A DNA stretch of 62,314 nucleotides, counting the filler. It is 9 parts of 9 records of this genome, joined end to end, with 100 filler letters (N's around TTAATTAATTAA, not from the genome) between each part and the next. Parts side by side here need not be neighbours in the genome. Positions count along the whole stretch, not along the records: positions 56,908 to 62,314 come from SRR31147125_161785; 8 more parts are not named here. The stretch is one strand, 5' to 3'. A program made the position numbers and the translations under genes. Shown in pieces: positions 62,277 to 62,314 of this stretch. A model generated the notes under the pieces. The model did no database searches. It was not told the origin of the DNA and worked only from the letters and a program-made list of their open reading frames with translations. The first letter of the stretch is position 1. Each line of letters begins with the position of its first letter.

Positions 62277-62314
62277 GAGGCCAGTAACTAGTTTCGATCC
62301 GAAAACGATCATTT

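Noticed and set aside
1-62314. tRNA, rRNA, CRISPR arrays, transposases, prophage or defence genes
   Set aside because: None recognised by eye; an Infernal or tRNAscan run would be needed to exclude small RNAs.

Overview
This window is not one locus. It is nine unrelated contigs joined by 100-nt artificial spacers (N44-TTAATTAATTAA-N44), probably from an anoxic-sediment or enrichment metagenome, with many single-base homopolymer indels. Five contigs look like sulfate-reducing Desulfobacterota: (a) 1-8517, moaC-dksA-galT-response regulator-degenerate folE2-glyS plus tetraheme cytochrome c3 and System II resBC; (b) 30154-36175, a Cache protein, an orphan, 5'-nucleotidase and AraC; (c) 41830-50575, a rhodanese/glycosyltransferase/porin cluster; (d) 50676-56807, dnaJ-ubiE-SH3-TrmH-sigma54 activator; (e) 56908-62314, sat-aroB and SPFH/zinc-ribbon genes. 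One contig (19822-30053) is spirochaete-like and carries potABCD-aguB-aguA-aminotransferase. One lower-GC bacterial contig (36276-41729) has an SSS transporter, rsmA, an unusual ECF sigma/anti-sigma pair and aspA. Two contigs (8618-13627, 13728-19721) are eukaryotic: a compact, intron-dense protist genome with ~46-70-nt GT-AG introns. It encodes LIN9/ALY, a DH-PH RhoGEF, a UBAC2-like rhomboid, a much-enlarged bacterial-type ribosomal protein S18 with a presequence-like N-terminus, Sec20 and PRA1. Best leads: a ~1014-aa six-rhodanese-domain lipoprotein clustered with a second exported rhodanese, three glycosyltransferases and a beta-barrel; the protist giant bS18; a FolE2 lacking its catalytic motifs; and an ECF sigma with a large insertion in region 4. 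All assignments come from motif recognition by eye; no searches were run.
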